Shown here: in pieces, positions 34,255 through 44,194 of the stretch
Position numbering within the stretch: position 1 is the stretch's first letter
Layout of the letters: each line of letters begins with the position of its first letter
NCBI GenBank assembly: GCA_009698745.1
Contig: WLPO01000001.1
Span: 1 to 46,636 of the forward strand
Length of the DNA stretch: 46,636 bases
Direction of reading: 5' to 3'
Source: Actinomycetota bacterium
GTDB lineage: Bacteria; Actinomycetota; Acidimicrobiia; Acidimicrobiales; Ilumatobacteraceae
Notes under the pieces: generated by a model
Told to the model about the DNA's origin: nothing
Database searches by the model: none
The model's input: the letters and a program-made list of their open reading frames with translations, nothing else
Program-made: the position numbers and the translations under genes

Positions 34255-35259
34255 ATGGACTGGATAAACATATTTCAAAACACCTGCAAGGCGTTTACTG
34301 GTGTTGACGCGGCCTATTTTGCGCTTGCTGCAATTGGACTCAATGTGCAGTTTGGATACACGGGATTGCTCAACTTTGGTCAGGCTGCGTTTATGGCCTG
34401 TGGTGCATACGGCATCGGTATGACGAGCAAATATTTCGATATTGGTATGTGGTGGGGTATTCCCATTGGAATGGCGTTTGTAATCGTGCTCGCGCTTCTC
34501 GTCGGTATTCCAACATTGCGTCTGCGAGCGGATTATCTGGCGATCGTGACAATCGCGCTAGCCGAAATGGTTCGGTTGATCGTTCGGTCGGTGCGTTTCA
34601 AGCAATACTTCGGTGGTAGCGACGGCATCAATGGATTCAGCATTCAGTTCCGTGAGTTAAGCCCATTCGATCCAGGTGCTCAGTATGGGATTCGACCATT
34701 CCAGTACAGCGGGTACACAGTGTGGACATTGCTGGTTGGTTGGGCATTAGTCGGCATCTTCGCCACACTCGTGTTCATGCTGATGCGTAGTCCTTGGGGT
34801 CGAGTAGTGAAGGCGATCCGAGAAGACGAAGACGCAGTGCGGAGTCTCGGAAAAAGTGTGTATAGCTACAAGATGCAGTCGCTCATGATTGGCGGACTGA
34901 TTGGCATGTTTAGTGGCGTTGTGTTCGCCCTCGACCGAGGATCGGTACAACCTGACAACTACAGCCGCGATGTGACCTTCTATATTTTGACGGCGCTCGT
35001 ACTGGGTGGTGTTGCCAAGGTTTCAGGATCCATTGTTGGCTCGATGTTGTTCTGGGGAATTTTTGTTTTCAGTGACAATTTCTTGCGTGAGCTCACCAAA
35101 GATCAACCGTTAAAAATCTTTGGGGTCACTGTGATGCAAAAAATTCAAGTCGGCGCAATTAATTACATGATCATCGGCGTGGGGCTAATGCTCCTCATGA
35201 CATTCCGTCCACAAGGCATCTTTGGTAATCGCAAAGAGATGGCGCTCGATGCCCGATAA
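34255..35259 (+). CDS. livM: Branched-chain amino acid ABC transporter permease (LivM-type)
   Basis: GLNVQFGYTGLLNFGQAAF, ADYLAIVTIALAE, AIREDEDAVRSLG. Confidence 0.9.
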   Translation: MDWINIFQNTCKAFTGVDAAYFALAAIGLNVQFGYTGLLNFGQAAFMACGAYGIGMTSKYFDIGMWWGIPIGMAFVIVLALLVGIPTLRLRADYLAIVTIALAEMVRLIVRSVRFKQYFGGSDGINGFSIQFRELSPFDPGAQYGIRPFQYSGYTVWTLLVGWALVGIFATLVFMLMRSPWGRVVKAIREDEDAVRSLGKSVYSYKMQSLMIGGLIGMFSGVVFALDRGSVQPDNYSRDVTFYILTALVLGGVAKVSGSIVGSMLFWGIFVFSDNFLRELTKDQPLKIFGVTVMQKIQVGAINYMIIGVGLMLLMTFRPQGIFGNRKEMALDAR

Positions 35260-36124
35260 GCAAATCATCTCCGAAGCGCAAGCTCGCGCAGTTGCCGCAT
35301 TGGCGGAAGTATTGCCAAACCCTGGCGCCCCAAAGCCTGACCCGATCTTGATGGCCGACAAGATTCAAAAGAACTTTGGCGGTGTAGTTGCGGTAGATGT
35401 TGAACACATCGAAATACACCGTGGATCTATCACCGCACTGATTGGCCCCAATGGTGCCGGCAAGACGACATTGTTCAACTTGCTCACCGGTTTTGACACC
35501 CCCGACACTGGTGAATGGCGCTTCGATGGTCGCAGCATGGAAAAGATTGTCGCTCATAAGACCGCAGCAATGGGCATGGTTCGCACATTTCAATTAACAA
35601 AGAGTCTTACCAAGATGTCGGTGATCGAGAATATGAAACTCGGTGCCACAGATCAAGTAGGCGAAAAGTGGTGGAATGCGTTGATGCCGTTCCGATGGAA
35701 GAAACAAGAGCAGATCATCGAACAACGGGCAGACGCTCTTTTGAAGCGCTTCAAGCTTGACCACATGCGTAGTGAGTATGCGGGAACGCTGTCGGGCGGT
35801 CAACGCAAGTTGCTTGAAATGGCACGAGCATTGATGACCAATCCACGCTTGGTGATGCTGGACGAACCAATGGCTGGTGTCAACCCAGCTCTCAAGCAAA
35901 GCTTGCTCGAGCACATTCGTGGTTTGCGTGATGACGGCATGACGGTGTTGTTCGTCGAGCACGATATGGACATGGTGAATGATGTGTCCGACTGGGTGAT
36001 AGTCATGGCCGAGGGCCGTGTTATTGCTGAGGGTACGCCCGCACAGATTTCAGCAAACCCAGCAGTGATAGAGGCCTATTTGGGTAGCCACCAGGGTAAA
36101 TCGCTGATGGAGGAGAAGTCATGA
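35249..36124 (+). CDS. livG: Branched-chain amino acid ABC transporter ATP-binding protein (LivG-type)
   Basis: Walker A GPNGAGKTT, signature LSGGQRKLLE, Walker B VMLDEPMAG, and a C-terminal BCA_ABC_TP_C-like AYLG. ATG at 35249 overlaps the livM stop by 11 nt; the ORF track's TTG at 35222 is less likely. Confidence 0.9.
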   Translation: MPDKQIISEAQARAVAALAEVLPNPGAPKPDPILMADKIQKNFGGVVAVDVEHIEIHRGSITALIGPNGAGKTTLFNLLTGFDTPDTGEWRFDGRSMEKIVAHKTAAMGMVRTFQLTKSLTKMSVIENMKLGATDQVGEKWWNALMPFRWKKQEQIIEQRADALLKRFKLDHMRSEYAGTLSGGQRKLLEMARALMTNPRLVMLDEPMAGVNPALKQSLLEHIRGLRDDGMTVLFVEHDMDMVNDVSDWVIVMAEGRVIAEGTPAQISANPAVIEAYLGSHQGKSLMEEKS

Positions 36125-36858
36125 GTGACGAGCGCGTACTTGTTGTTGACGAACTAGTCGCTGGATACATACCCGAAGTCAATATCTTGAATGGTTGCAA
36201 CATTGAAGTAGGCAAGGGCGAATTCGTCGGTGTGATCGGACCTAACGGTGCCGGTAAATCAACAGTGCTCAAGGCCATTCTTGGTCAATGCGCTGTGCGT
36301 TCAGGCTCTTCAACCTTCTTGGGCGAAAACATCACTGGGTTACAGGCACACCAACTTGTTGAGCGGGGTGTTGGATACGTGCCACAGACACAAAATGTTT
36401 TCCAGAGCCTTACTGTTGCTGAGAACTTAGAAATGGGTTGCTTTATCAAACCAGAGGTTTTTGACGAACGATTTGATTACGTGACTACCTTGTTTCCAAA
36501 GCTGGGACAGCGAGCTTCGCAGAAGGCTGGTTCACTTTCTGGCGGAGAACGCCAGATGGTGGCGATGGGACGCGCACTCATGATGGAGCCGAAGTTGTTG
36601 CTGTTGGATGAGCCATCAGCGGGATTGTCTCCTGTCTTGCAAGATGAAGTTTTCATTCAGTGCAAGCGCATCAATGCAGAAGGCATCGCCATTTTGATGG
36701 TCGAGCAAAATGCACGGCGTTGCTTGCAGGTTGTTGACAGGGGATACGTTCTTGATCAGGGCCGCAATGCGTACACCGGAACAGGCCGCTCACTACTTGA
36801 AGACCCAAATGTAATCAAGCTGTACTTGGGCACGTTGGCCAAAGCAACAGGTGGATGA
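36121..36858 (+). CDS. livF: Branched-chain amino acid ABC transporter ATP-binding protein (LivF-type)
   Basis: GPNGAGKST, LSGGERQM, LLLDEPSAGLSP, LYLG. ATGA overlap with livG. Confidence 0.9.
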   Translation: MSDERVLVVDELVAGYIPEVNILNGCNIEVGKGEFVGVIGPNGAGKSTVLKAILGQCAVRSGSSTFLGENITGLQAHQLVERGVGYVPQTQNVFQSLTVAENLEMGCFIKPEVFDERFDYVTTLFPKLGQRASQKAGSLSGGERQMVAMGRALMMEPKLLLLDEPSAGLSPVLQDEVFIQCKRINAEGIAILMVEQNARRCLQVVDRGYVLDQGRNAYTGTGRSLLEDPNVIKLYLGTLAKATGG

Positions 36859-36880
36859 TTCTTACATAGGGAAATGAAAA

Positions 36881-36904
36881 GGCCCCGAGCTTTCGCCCGG
36901 GGCC
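36881..36904. terminator. GC-rich hairpin terminator between convergent livF and the binding-protein gene
   Basis: GGCCCCG-N10-CGGGGCC. On the minus strand it is followed by TTTTCATTT, so it best fits termination of the 36933-38264 gene. It may act bidirectionally. Confidence 0.7.
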
Positions 36905-36932
36905 TCAACATATAGTTCTGAAGAACTAGTGG

Positions 36933-38264
36933 TTACTTACCAGCGTCAAAGTTCTCGCCGAGTGCGTTACCCATGTTGCCGTCACAACCGTAAACCTTCT
37001 TGACTTTCGGTCCAATGCCTTGCTCCACCATGGTGCGCAAGATACGTGAGCCTTCGTCAAACGTTACGAGCATGATTGCGTCTGGGTTAGCAGCAACAAC
37101 TTCTGCAACTTCAGCATCAAATGAAACTGCAGCTGGATCGTAGATCTTGGTGCCGAGGACTGTTACGCCCGCTGCCTCAAGGTTCTTGCTGATCGAGGCT
37201 GCAAGTCCTGTGCCGTATGCATCGTCGAGAGCCATGATGTACACCGAAGCGTTACCATCTGCAGCAATCAAACCTGCGAGCACCGCACCCTGAAGGGTGT
37301 CTGGTGGTGCATTACGGAAGTACAAAGCGCTGTCAGCATAAACCGACAATGCATCTGATGTGTTAGCTGGGCTGAACTGAACAACGCCTGCCTGAGTGAT
37401 CTTGTCGATCACTTTCAACGAAACGCCGGACGATGCTGCACCAATGATGGCATCAACATCTTCGCTCAAGAGACGGTCAACAGTTGTTGAAGCCGTATCG
37501 GTTGAGTTGTCACCAGAGTCGCCTTGGCTGTAGAGAACATCTTTTCCAAGTACGCCACCAGCTGCATTGATCAAGCTCAATGCGTATTCAACACCAGCAA
37601 ATTCTGGAGCACCAAGGAATGCAAGGTTGCCAGTTTCTGGAAGCATTGAACCGATTTTCAACTGTCCGTCACCCTTACGAGCAACTGTGGTCTTTTGAGC
37701 TGGAACGTAGTCTGACTCTGGTGCTGATGCTGGAATGTACGTCGCATCTGCATAGTCAAAACGGTTTGTTGCATCAAAAGTAAGAACGCCGTACGAAGCC
37801 TCGATTGGCTCGCCGTTGCCGTTCATCGTGTTTGGACCAGAAGCACCATCGTAGTCAATGTCAGTTCCTGCTTTAACAAGAGCGACACAGTCTGCGAAAG
37901 TTGTGCACTTCTCGCCGTCACGTGAAACATTGATGATCTCGTCAGCAAGTGCGCTGCCGTCTGTCTTTGCTGCTTCTGCAGCAAGAGAGATCAATGTCAC
38001 TGCATCGAATGCTTCTGCGGTGTACGAGAAGTCAACGAGTGCTTCGTTGCCTGCTGCGGTCCAAAAGCCATTCACTGCATCTTTGAATTCAGCGGAGAGA
38101 GCAACGAGAGGCATTGTGCCTTTCATGCCTTCCAATTCGCCACCAGCTGTTGCTGCTGGTGCTGTGGTGTCTGCTGCGGTATCGCTGCTGCTGCCACAGG
38201 AAACAGCAACAAAGCTGAGACCTACAACAAGAGCACCGAAGCGCTTCATGTTTGATTTCTTCAT
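36933..38264 (-). CDS. ABC transporter substrate-binding lipoprotein (type-1 periplasmic binding fold, Leu/Ile/Val-binding-like)
   Basis: Signal peptide plus lipobox VAVSCGSS and a Thr/Ala-rich tether. Its size and its position convergent to livHMGF fit this call. SD GGGGGAG. Confidence 0.8.
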   Translation of the reverse strand: MKKSNMKRFGALVVGLSFVAVSCGSSSDTAADTTAPAATAGGELEGMKGTMPLVALSAEFKDAVNGFWTAAGNEALVDFSYTAEAFDAVTLISLAAEAAKTDGSALADEIINVSRDGEKCTTFADCVALVKAGTDIDYDGASGPNTMNGNGEPIEASYGVLTFDATNRFDYADATYIPASAPESDYVPAQKTTVARKGDGQLKIGSMLPETGNLAFLGAPEFAGVEYALSLINAAGGVLGKDVLYSQGDSGDNSTDTASTTVDRLLSEDVDAIIGAASSGVSLKVIDKITQAGVVQFSPANTSDALSVYADSALYFRNAPPDTLQGAVLAGLIAADGNASVYIMALDDAYGTGLAASISKNLEAAGVTVLGTKIYDPAAVSFDAEVAEVVAANPDAIMLVTFDEGSRILRTMVEQGIGPKVKKVYGCDGNMGNALGENFDAGK

Positions 38265-38353
38265 GTTTTTTTCTCCCCCTAAAGCCGGAAGGCGGGGTGC
38301 CTGCCTGGGTTAGGAATATCAAGCCTAGGGGGATCTCAAGTTGCTGACAATCC

Positions 38354-39328
38354 TTATATAGGTGCAGCCGCCTTGGTGAGACGATCAATGATTGCTGCCC
38401 CTAGACCACTATTTTTGGGCAAAATTGCGATCAAAGTCCGCAGTTGATCGGCATCTGCTTGACGAAGATCGTTATACAGCGATGAAGCATAAAGAGGAAG
38501 GTTGTTGCATCGATTTAAGATTCGTGCCGGAAGTTGTTGCGGGGTAAGCCTCTCGAACAACTGGGTTGCCTCTAATTCATTCTGACTCAGGATCACCTGG
38601 CAACTCGGACGATAATGACTCTGAAGCATTCCTGATGCACGAGAAATTCCATCAGAACTTTGAATTTCATACCCCAAAATGTGCTCGATATCTTCTACCG
38701 GTATTCCTCCTGGACGTAGGAGCTGTGGTGGCGACACAGAAAAATCCATGATTGTCGATTCAACGCCAATCGAACATGCTCCATCGTCCACAATGAGATC
38801 AACATCTCCCTGTAAGTCATCGCATACATGTTGAGCAGTGGTTGGACTGACTTTGCCAAATCGGTTAGCGGACGGCGCAACAATCGGTGATCCCATATTG
38901 TTGATAAGTTGCCGCGTGAAAGTGTTGTCTGGGATTCGTACCGCAACAGTCTCACGACCTCCAGTGACACTGGTAGGTACCGATTCGCTTCGTCGAAGCA
39001 GCAATGTGATCGGACCTGGCCAACAAGCATGTGCAATCTTTAATGCATCTGCTGATATTTCTTCTGCCACCTTGTGCAACTGCTCGATCTGCGCAATGTG
39101 AACAATGAGAGGATGATCTTGCGGACGATCTTTCACGGAAAAGATTTTGGCTACTGCAACTTTGCTGTTGAGAGCAGCCGCCAGTCCGTAAACAGTTTCG
39201 GTTGGTATCGCGACAAGTCCTCCGCGTGAAAGAGTTCGAACTGCTTTGTCCATCGTTGCCGGATCGGACGCAAGGGCAACATTGCATAACGGCTCCAAGT
39301 GCTCCGATGGCGCAGGTGAATGCCTCAT
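38354..39328 (-). CDS. L-threonylcarbamoyladenylate synthase (Sua5/TsaC2: YrdC domain + Sua5 C-terminal domain)
   Basis: GGLVAIPTETVYGLAA, HPLIVH, SANRFG. Start chosen at ATG 39328 (MRHSPAPS). The longer ORF to 39487 would overlap the divergent guaB1-like gene. Confidence 0.85.
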   Translation of the reverse strand: MRHSPAPSEHLEPLCNVALASDPATMDKAVRTLSRGGLVAIPTETVYGLAAALNSKVAVAKIFSVKDRPQDHPLIVHIAQIEQLHKVAEEISADALKIAHACWPGPITLLLRRSESVPTSVTGGRETVAVRIPDNTFTRQLINNMGSPIVAPSANRFGKVSPTTAQHVCDDLQGDVDLIVDDGACSIGVESTIMDFSVSPPQLLRPGGIPVEDIEHILGYEIQSSDGISRASGMLQSHYRPSCQVILSQNELEATQLFERLTPQQLPARILNRCNNLPLYASSLYNDLRQADADQLRTLIAILPKNSGLGAAIIDRLTKAAAPI

Positions 39329-39419
39329 AAGACTTGAACTGTACAAAGTTTGACCTTTGGGTATGCAAAATGCAGTAGTATTAATTGGCTTTAGTGGCCA
39401 GATTTGGAGACAGACTGAC

Positions 39420-40856
39420 ATGCGATTTCTTAATGAAGCACCATCGTTTGATCTGACGTACAACGATGTTTTCATGGTTCCGAGCATGTCGTCGGTTCAA
39501 TCGCGACAGGGAGTCGACCTCTCAACGCCAGACGGACTGGGTACGACCATCCCTGTAGTTGTCTCCAATATGACAGCAATAGCGGGAAGACGCATGGCAG
39601 AAACTGTCGCTCGCCGCGGTGGTTTGGTGGTGTTGCCACAAGATATTCCCCTTGATGTCGTGCAAACTGTTGTCGATTTTGTGAAGTCGCGTCACACAGT
39701 TTTCGAAACACCGATAACTATGCCTGCCGATGGAACTGTTGGTGAAGCCCTCAGCCTTATTCACAAGCGCGCGCATGGTGCCGTAGTGGTGATGGATGAA
39801 GATGGTCGCCCGGCAGGCATTTTTACTGAGCATGATGCTGCTGGCTTTGACCGATTTAGTCAGCTACACACTTCAATGAGTCGAGATTTGATATCGCTCA
39901 GTTCATCGCAGTCGGCTGAAGAGATGTTTAACCAAATGACCGAGTTACGTATAACTTTCGCTCCGGTTATCGATGGCTCTGGAAGGCTCGTCGGCTGCGT
40001 TACTCGTAAAGGCACCTTGCGATCCACCATTTACCAACCGGCTCTCGACAGACAAGGTCGGTTGATGATCGGTGTAGCGGTTGGAATAAATAGCGAACCA
40101 GGCAAACGCGCCAAAGCGCTTGCCGCTATGGGAGTTGACGTACTTGTTGTTGACACGGCGCATGGTCATCAAGAACGCATGTTGCAAGCTGTGACTCAGG
40201 TTCGATCCGCTGTTGGCAATTTGCCTGTAGTTGCTGGAAACGTAGTGACAGCTGCGGGCACTCGACAACTCATTGAAGCAGGCGCCGACATCATCAAAGT
40301 TGGAGTTGGACCTGGTGCAATGTGCACAACACGAATGATGACCGGTGTTGGTCGTCCGCAGTTCTCCGCAGTCCTCGAATGTTCGGCTGAATCAACCCGT
40401 TTCGGAAAACACATTTGGGCCGATGGAGGAGTGCGCTATCCGCGAGATGTCGCCTTGGGACTTGCAGCTGGTGCTTCTAATGTGATGTTTGGTTCTCTGC
40501 TTGCGGGCACGTACGAGAGCGCTGCCGACACGCTGCGAGATTCTGATGGACGTCTCTTCAAAGAGAGTTTTGGTATGGCGTCAAATCGTGCTGTACGAAA
40601 CCGCACTCGCAGCGAGACAGCACTTGATCGTGCACGAAAAGAGTTGTTCGAAGAGGGGATCAGTACATCACGAATGTATCTCGACCCCGAACGACCGAGC
40701 GTTGAAGACATCATCGACCAAATCGTCGCCGGTGTTCGTTCATCGTGCACCTATGCGGGTGCTCGATCGATACCCGAGTTTGCGGAACGCGCTGTGGTGG
40801 GAATTCAAAGCGCTTCTGGATACGAAGAAGGTCGCGCTCGGGACACCAGTTGGTAA
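39420..40856 (+). CDS. GuaB1-family IMP dehydrogenase-related protein (GMP reductase-type, with CBS pair)
   Basis: N-terminus MRFLNEAPSFDLTYNDVFMVPS, CBS region, catalytic loop GVGPGAMCTTR, and a size of 478 aa typical of actinobacterial GuaB1. ATG at 39420 is preceded by GGAGA. Confidence 0.85.
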   Translation: MRFLNEAPSFDLTYNDVFMVPSMSSVQSRQGVDLSTPDGLGTTIPVVVSNMTAIAGRRMAETVARRGGLVVLPQDIPLDVVQTVVDFVKSRHTVFETPITMPADGTVGEALSLIHKRAHGAVVVMDEDGRPAGIFTEHDAAGFDRFSQLHTSMSRDLISLSSSQSAEEMFNQMTELRITFAPVIDGSGRLVGCVTRKGTLRSTIYQPALDRQGRLMIGVAVGINSEPGKRAKALAAMGVDVLVVDTAHGHQERMLQAVTQVRSAVGNLPVVAGNVVTAAGTRQLIEAGADIIKVGVGPGAMCTTRMMTGVGRPQFSAVLECSAESTRFGKHIWADGGVRYPRDVALGLAAGASNVMFGSLLAGTYESAADTLRDSDGRLFKESFGMASNRAVRNRTRSETALDRARKELFEEGISTSRMYLDPERPSVEDIIDQIVAGVRSSCTYAGARSIPEFAERAVVGIQSASGYEEGRARDTSW

Positions 40857-41500
40857 TGACACCGAGCGTCAATGTGGTTGCAATCGATGGACCAGCAGGA
40901 GCAGGGAAGTCAACAATTTCAAGGCAATTAGCTCGCGTTTTGAACCTTCCTTATCTCGACACCGGTGCCATGTATAGGGGTATCACGTGTGCCGCGCTTC
41001 GTAGCGGTGTCGATCCAACCGACGACTCAGCAGTTGCGCATCTGGCGGTTTCAACTATTTTGGATATTTCCGACGATGCACTGTTCGTAGACGGAGTCGA
41101 CGCAACATTGGACATACGTGGGGAAGCGGTTACACGAGCAGTGAGCTCTGTCGCTGCAAATTCGGAAGTTCGTCGCGAACTTCGTGAACGTCAGAGAAGC
41201 TGGGTGCAAGAAAGAGGTGGTGGCGTTGTTGAAGGACGCGACATTGCAACGGTTGTGTTTCCGGACGCAAGGTTGAAGGTGTTTTTGACAGCGAGTCCGC
41301 TCGTTCGTGCACAGCGACGTGTTGCTCAAATCGGTGGTGATGTAGATCAGATTGCTCGTGATATTGCCGAACGTGATCATAAAGATTCGACTCGAACTGA
41401 TAGTCCTTTGCGCGAATCTGTAAATTCAATACTGGTTGATACGAGCAACCGATCCATTGATGATGTGGTGAAACAGATTGCTGAGGTGTTTCGTGGCTGA
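40856..41500 (+). CDS. cmk: Cytidylate kinase
   Basis: VAIDGPAGAGKST P-loop, LDTGAMYR, EGRDIATVVFP. The ATG overlaps the upstream TAA by 1 nt (TAATG). The longer ORF from 40745 lies inside guaB1. Confidence 0.9.
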   Translation: MTPSVNVVAIDGPAGAGKSTISRQLARVLNLPYLDTGAMYRGITCAALRSGVDPTDDSAVAHLAVSTILDISDDALFVDGVDATLDIRGEAVTRAVSSVAANSEVRRELRERQRSWVQERGGGVVEGRDIATVVFPDARLKVFLTASPLVRAQRRVAQIGGDVDQIARDIAERDHKDSTRTDSPLRESVNSILVDTSNRSIDDVVKQIAEVFRG

Positions 41501-42167
41501 GGTGACAACAAAACTTGCAGGACAATCTTTTGGGAACCGACTTTTTTATGGAACTGTCCGGGGCATAGTCGTAACCATCTGTCGTGTGTATCTGCGACTT
41601 CGAATAGTCGATGCCCATAAAATTCCTAAAACGGGAACGTTTATTTTGGCTCCCAGCCATCGATCGACGCTCGATATTCCGGTTGCCGCGGCAACTACGA
41701 GACGTCGGTTGATGTACATGGGTAAGGATTCAATGTGGAAGTTCAAACCGATTGGATCATTGCTTACAGCGTTGGGCAGCTTTCCGGTTACTCGTGGTTC
41801 TGCCGATCTCGAAGCACTGAAGCGTTGCATTGCAGTGTTGGAACGTGGAGACCCTCTCGTGCTTTTCCCAGAAGGCACTCGACATCGCGGTCGAATTATT
41901 GAACCGTTATTTGATGGCGCTGCATTCATTGCTTACAAGACTGGTGTGCCAATTATCCCCGTTGGCATCGCCGGCTCTGAAGAAATTTGGCCACCGGGTA
42001 CAAAGTTGCCAAGACCACGCAAATGTGTAGCCGTAGTTGGTGATGCGATTTATCCAAAAGACTTACACGGAGCACGTGCTAGCCGGGAACTGATGAGCGA
42101 ATTTACTCTTGAGCTACAGAAGTCGCTGCAAGCAGTGTTCGATCAAGCATTCCAACTACTCGACTAG
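41493..42167 (+). CDS. plsC: 1-acyl-sn-glycerol-3-phosphate acyltransferase (lysophospholipid acyltransferase)
   Basis: HX4D motif SHRSTLD and FPEGTR motif. GTG at 41493 overlaps the cmk stop; TTG at 41478 is an alternative. Confidence 0.85.
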   Translation: MAEVTTKLAGQSFGNRLFYGTVRGIVVTICRVYLRLRIVDAHKIPKTGTFILAPSHRSTLDIPVAAATTRRRLMYMGKDSMWKFKPIGSLLTALGSFPVTRGSADLEALKRCIAVLERGDPLVLFPEGTRHRGRIIEPLFDGAAFIAYKTGVPIIPVGIAGSEEIWPPGTKLPRPRKCVAVVGDAIYPKDLHGARASRELMSEFTLELQKSLQAVFDQAFQLLD

Positions 42168-43420
42168 CGAGCAAAGTACGCACTCAGTGCATCTCGCAGA
42201 AATAGCGGATCTTTCGTTCCGCACACTTCGCGAGCAGAGTGCATAGACAACTGAGGTATTCCCACGTCGATTGTGTCTATTCCCAATCGGGTGGCCGTAA
42301 TAGGGCCGATTGTTGAGCCGCACGCAATGTTGTTGCGAGAAGCGAAATACTGCACAGGCACTTGAGCTCGATCGCAGGCGTCAATAAATGGAGCAATAGA
42401 CGTGGAACTCGTCGCATAACGTTGTGCGACATTGGACTTGATGACTACGCCTTTATTGATCAACGGCGAATGGTTTGTATCGTGTCTCTCGGGGTAGTTG
42501 TGGTGAACAGCGTGCGCGTTATCGGCAGAAATGCAATGTGATTTAGCCAATACGTTGATGAAGTCTTGTCGGGAGAGTTCTGCGTGCAGGCAAAGTCGTT
42601 CGAGTACGTGCTCAAGTAGCGGTCCAGCAGCTCCTGTCGTTGAGGACGATCCAACTTCCTCATGATCAAAGAGCGCCACGACACTCGGTGACGTCGTTGT
42701 GGTTTGCTCAAACAATGCGGTCATCGCGGCCCAACATGAAGCCTGATTATCAAGTCGAGCAGATGCGAGCAACGATTGATCTGCGCCAACGATTGACGCC
42801 GGTTGGACATCAAACAATTGACACGAACTAGCAACTATTTGAGACAGGTTTATGCCACATTTTTCGGCAATCCACTGATCGAAATCGGCATGATTTTCCG
42901 ATGTGAACCACAGTGCATTGAGGTGCTGATGTCGGTCGAGCACGAGTCCCTTGTCGTTGACATCTCTGTCTAAATGAATTGCCAACTGCGAAATTCGTGC
43001 AGCAGCTGTATTGCTCGAGAAGAGTTTGGATGTGCCATCCTTCAACACGACATGACCAGCAATTCCTAAATCGCGGTCGAGCCACGAGTTGAGCAGCGGG
43101 CCTCCGTATACCTCGACGCCAAGCAGACCCATGTTTGCATGTTTCTTGTTCGGTTGTGGCTTGATGTGCAAACCAGGTGAGTCGGTGTGTGCTCCAACAA
43201 TGCGAAAGCCGGTTTTCAACATGTCTTGAGACGACCGCCAAGCGACAATTGCTCCACCTCTTGTTACGAACCCACGTTCTATTGCCAATTGATCAGTGGA
43301 AGAGCAATCCGTGAAACCCGCTTCTCTTAGTCGTATCCGCCACCACTCAACAACGTGATGTGCAGTAGGAGAGGCATCTAACTGCGCCATCAGCGTGGCG
43401 AGAATTGCTGTGTCGGTCAT
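42164..43420 (-). CDS. M18-family aminopeptidase (aspartyl aminopeptidase-like)
   Basis: GAHTDSPG, EVGS and SMHS motifs; 418 aa. Its stop overlaps the convergent plsC stop by 4 nt. Confidence 0.85.
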   Translation of the reverse strand: MTDTAILATLMAQLDASPTAHHVVEWWRIRLREAGFTDCSSTDQLAIERGFVTRGGAIVAWRSSQDMLKTGFRIVGAHTDSPGLHIKPQPNKKHANMGLLGVEVYGGPLLNSWLDRDLGIAGHVVLKDGTSKLFSSNTAAARISQLAIHLDRDVNDKGLVLDRHQHLNALWFTSENHADFDQWIAEKCGINLSQIVASSCQLFDVQPASIVGADQSLLASARLDNQASCWAAMTALFEQTTTTSPSVVALFDHEEVGSSSTTGAAGPLLEHVLERLCLHAELSRQDFINVLAKSHCISADNAHAVHHNYPERHDTNHSPLINKGVVIKSNVAQRYATSSTSIAPFIDACDRAQVPVQYFASRNNIACGSTIGPITATRLGIDTIDVGIPQLSMHSAREVCGTKDPLFLRDALSAYFAR

Positions 43421-43722
43421 CCCTGAGATGGTAGCGAAGGAAGTTGAACGCGAACATTTTGACCGAGGAGCTTGCAGGTGGTTTCAATCGGCTGACCACT
43501 TTCGGCTTGGGCGGTGACAACCTCGATGCAAGCGATGAGGCTGTCTCGTTGGGTAAAACCTAGATATCCGACAACAATACATATGCCCACGAGTAGCAGT
43601 TTTGTAACTAGCGAAGACACAAACTTCAGCACAACGAGCAATATGACGACAGACGAAACTATTGCGCCTACTGAAAGATTTTTAGCCAGTTCTGCATTCA
43701 AGTTAAATAAATTCATCCACAT
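43417..43722 (-). CDS. Small membrane protein (2 TM), unknown function
   Basis: Two hydrophobic helices; ATGA overlap with the downstream M18 gene. Start is ambiguous (ATG at 43722 or 43716). The ORF-track start at 43755 abuts the divergent ATG and is unlikely. Confidence 0.5.
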   Translation of the reverse strand: MWMNLFNLNAELAKNLSVGAIVSSVVILLVVLKFVSSLVTKLLLVGICIVVGYLGFTQRDSLIACIEVVTAQAESGQPIETTCKLLGQNVRVQLPSLPSQG

Positions 43723-43743
43723 ATTCTGCCATGAGTGCGACCC

Positions 43744-43749
43744 TATGCT
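43744..43749 (+). promoter_or_regulatory. Candidate -10 box (TATGCT) 6 nt upstream of the ATG at 43756 (leaderless-type)
   Basis: TATGCTgaacatATG, with no SD. Confidence 0.45.
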
Positions 43750-43755
43750 GAACAT

Positions 43756-44184
43756 ATGAGCGCAAACGTGAATTTGTCAGGAGTTGGTCCAGCCGACATG
43801 CGTTTGCCAGAAGTCGACACACAGTTGACTGCTGCACTCGATTCAGCATTGAATCAATGCGATCGAGATCGCCGTTCGGCTGTCGTGCAGTTGGTCGCAG
43901 CAAACCCCACTTACCTTGAAGGTTGGGCATGGATGGGTGCGTTAGGACGCGACACGATGGATTCATACATGGCTTATCGAGTGGGTTACCACCGTGGTCT
44001 TGACGCTCTGCGCGGTAATGGTTGGAAGGGATCTGGTTATGTTCGCTGGTCGCATCTTCCAAATAGAGGATTTTTGAAGTGCCTACAAGGTCTTGCTAAA
44101 ACGTCTCGATTGATAGGAGACAACGCAGAAGCCGATCGTTGCGAGCAATTCTTATTGCAACTCGATCCATCGCACACCTTCTAA
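43756..44184 (+). CDS. DUF3151-family protein
   Basis: YRVGYHRGLDALRGNGWKGSGYVRW..PNRGFL matches my recollection of the conserved actinobacterial DUF3151 core. Confidence 0.7.
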   Translation: MSANVNLSGVGPADMRLPEVDTQLTAALDSALNQCDRDRRSAVVQLVAANPTYLEGWAWMGALGRDTMDSYMAYRVGYHRGLDALRGNGWKGSGYVRWSHLPNRGFLKCLQGLAKTSRLIGDNAEADRCEQFLLQLDPSHTF

Positions 44185-44194
44185 TATCGATGAG

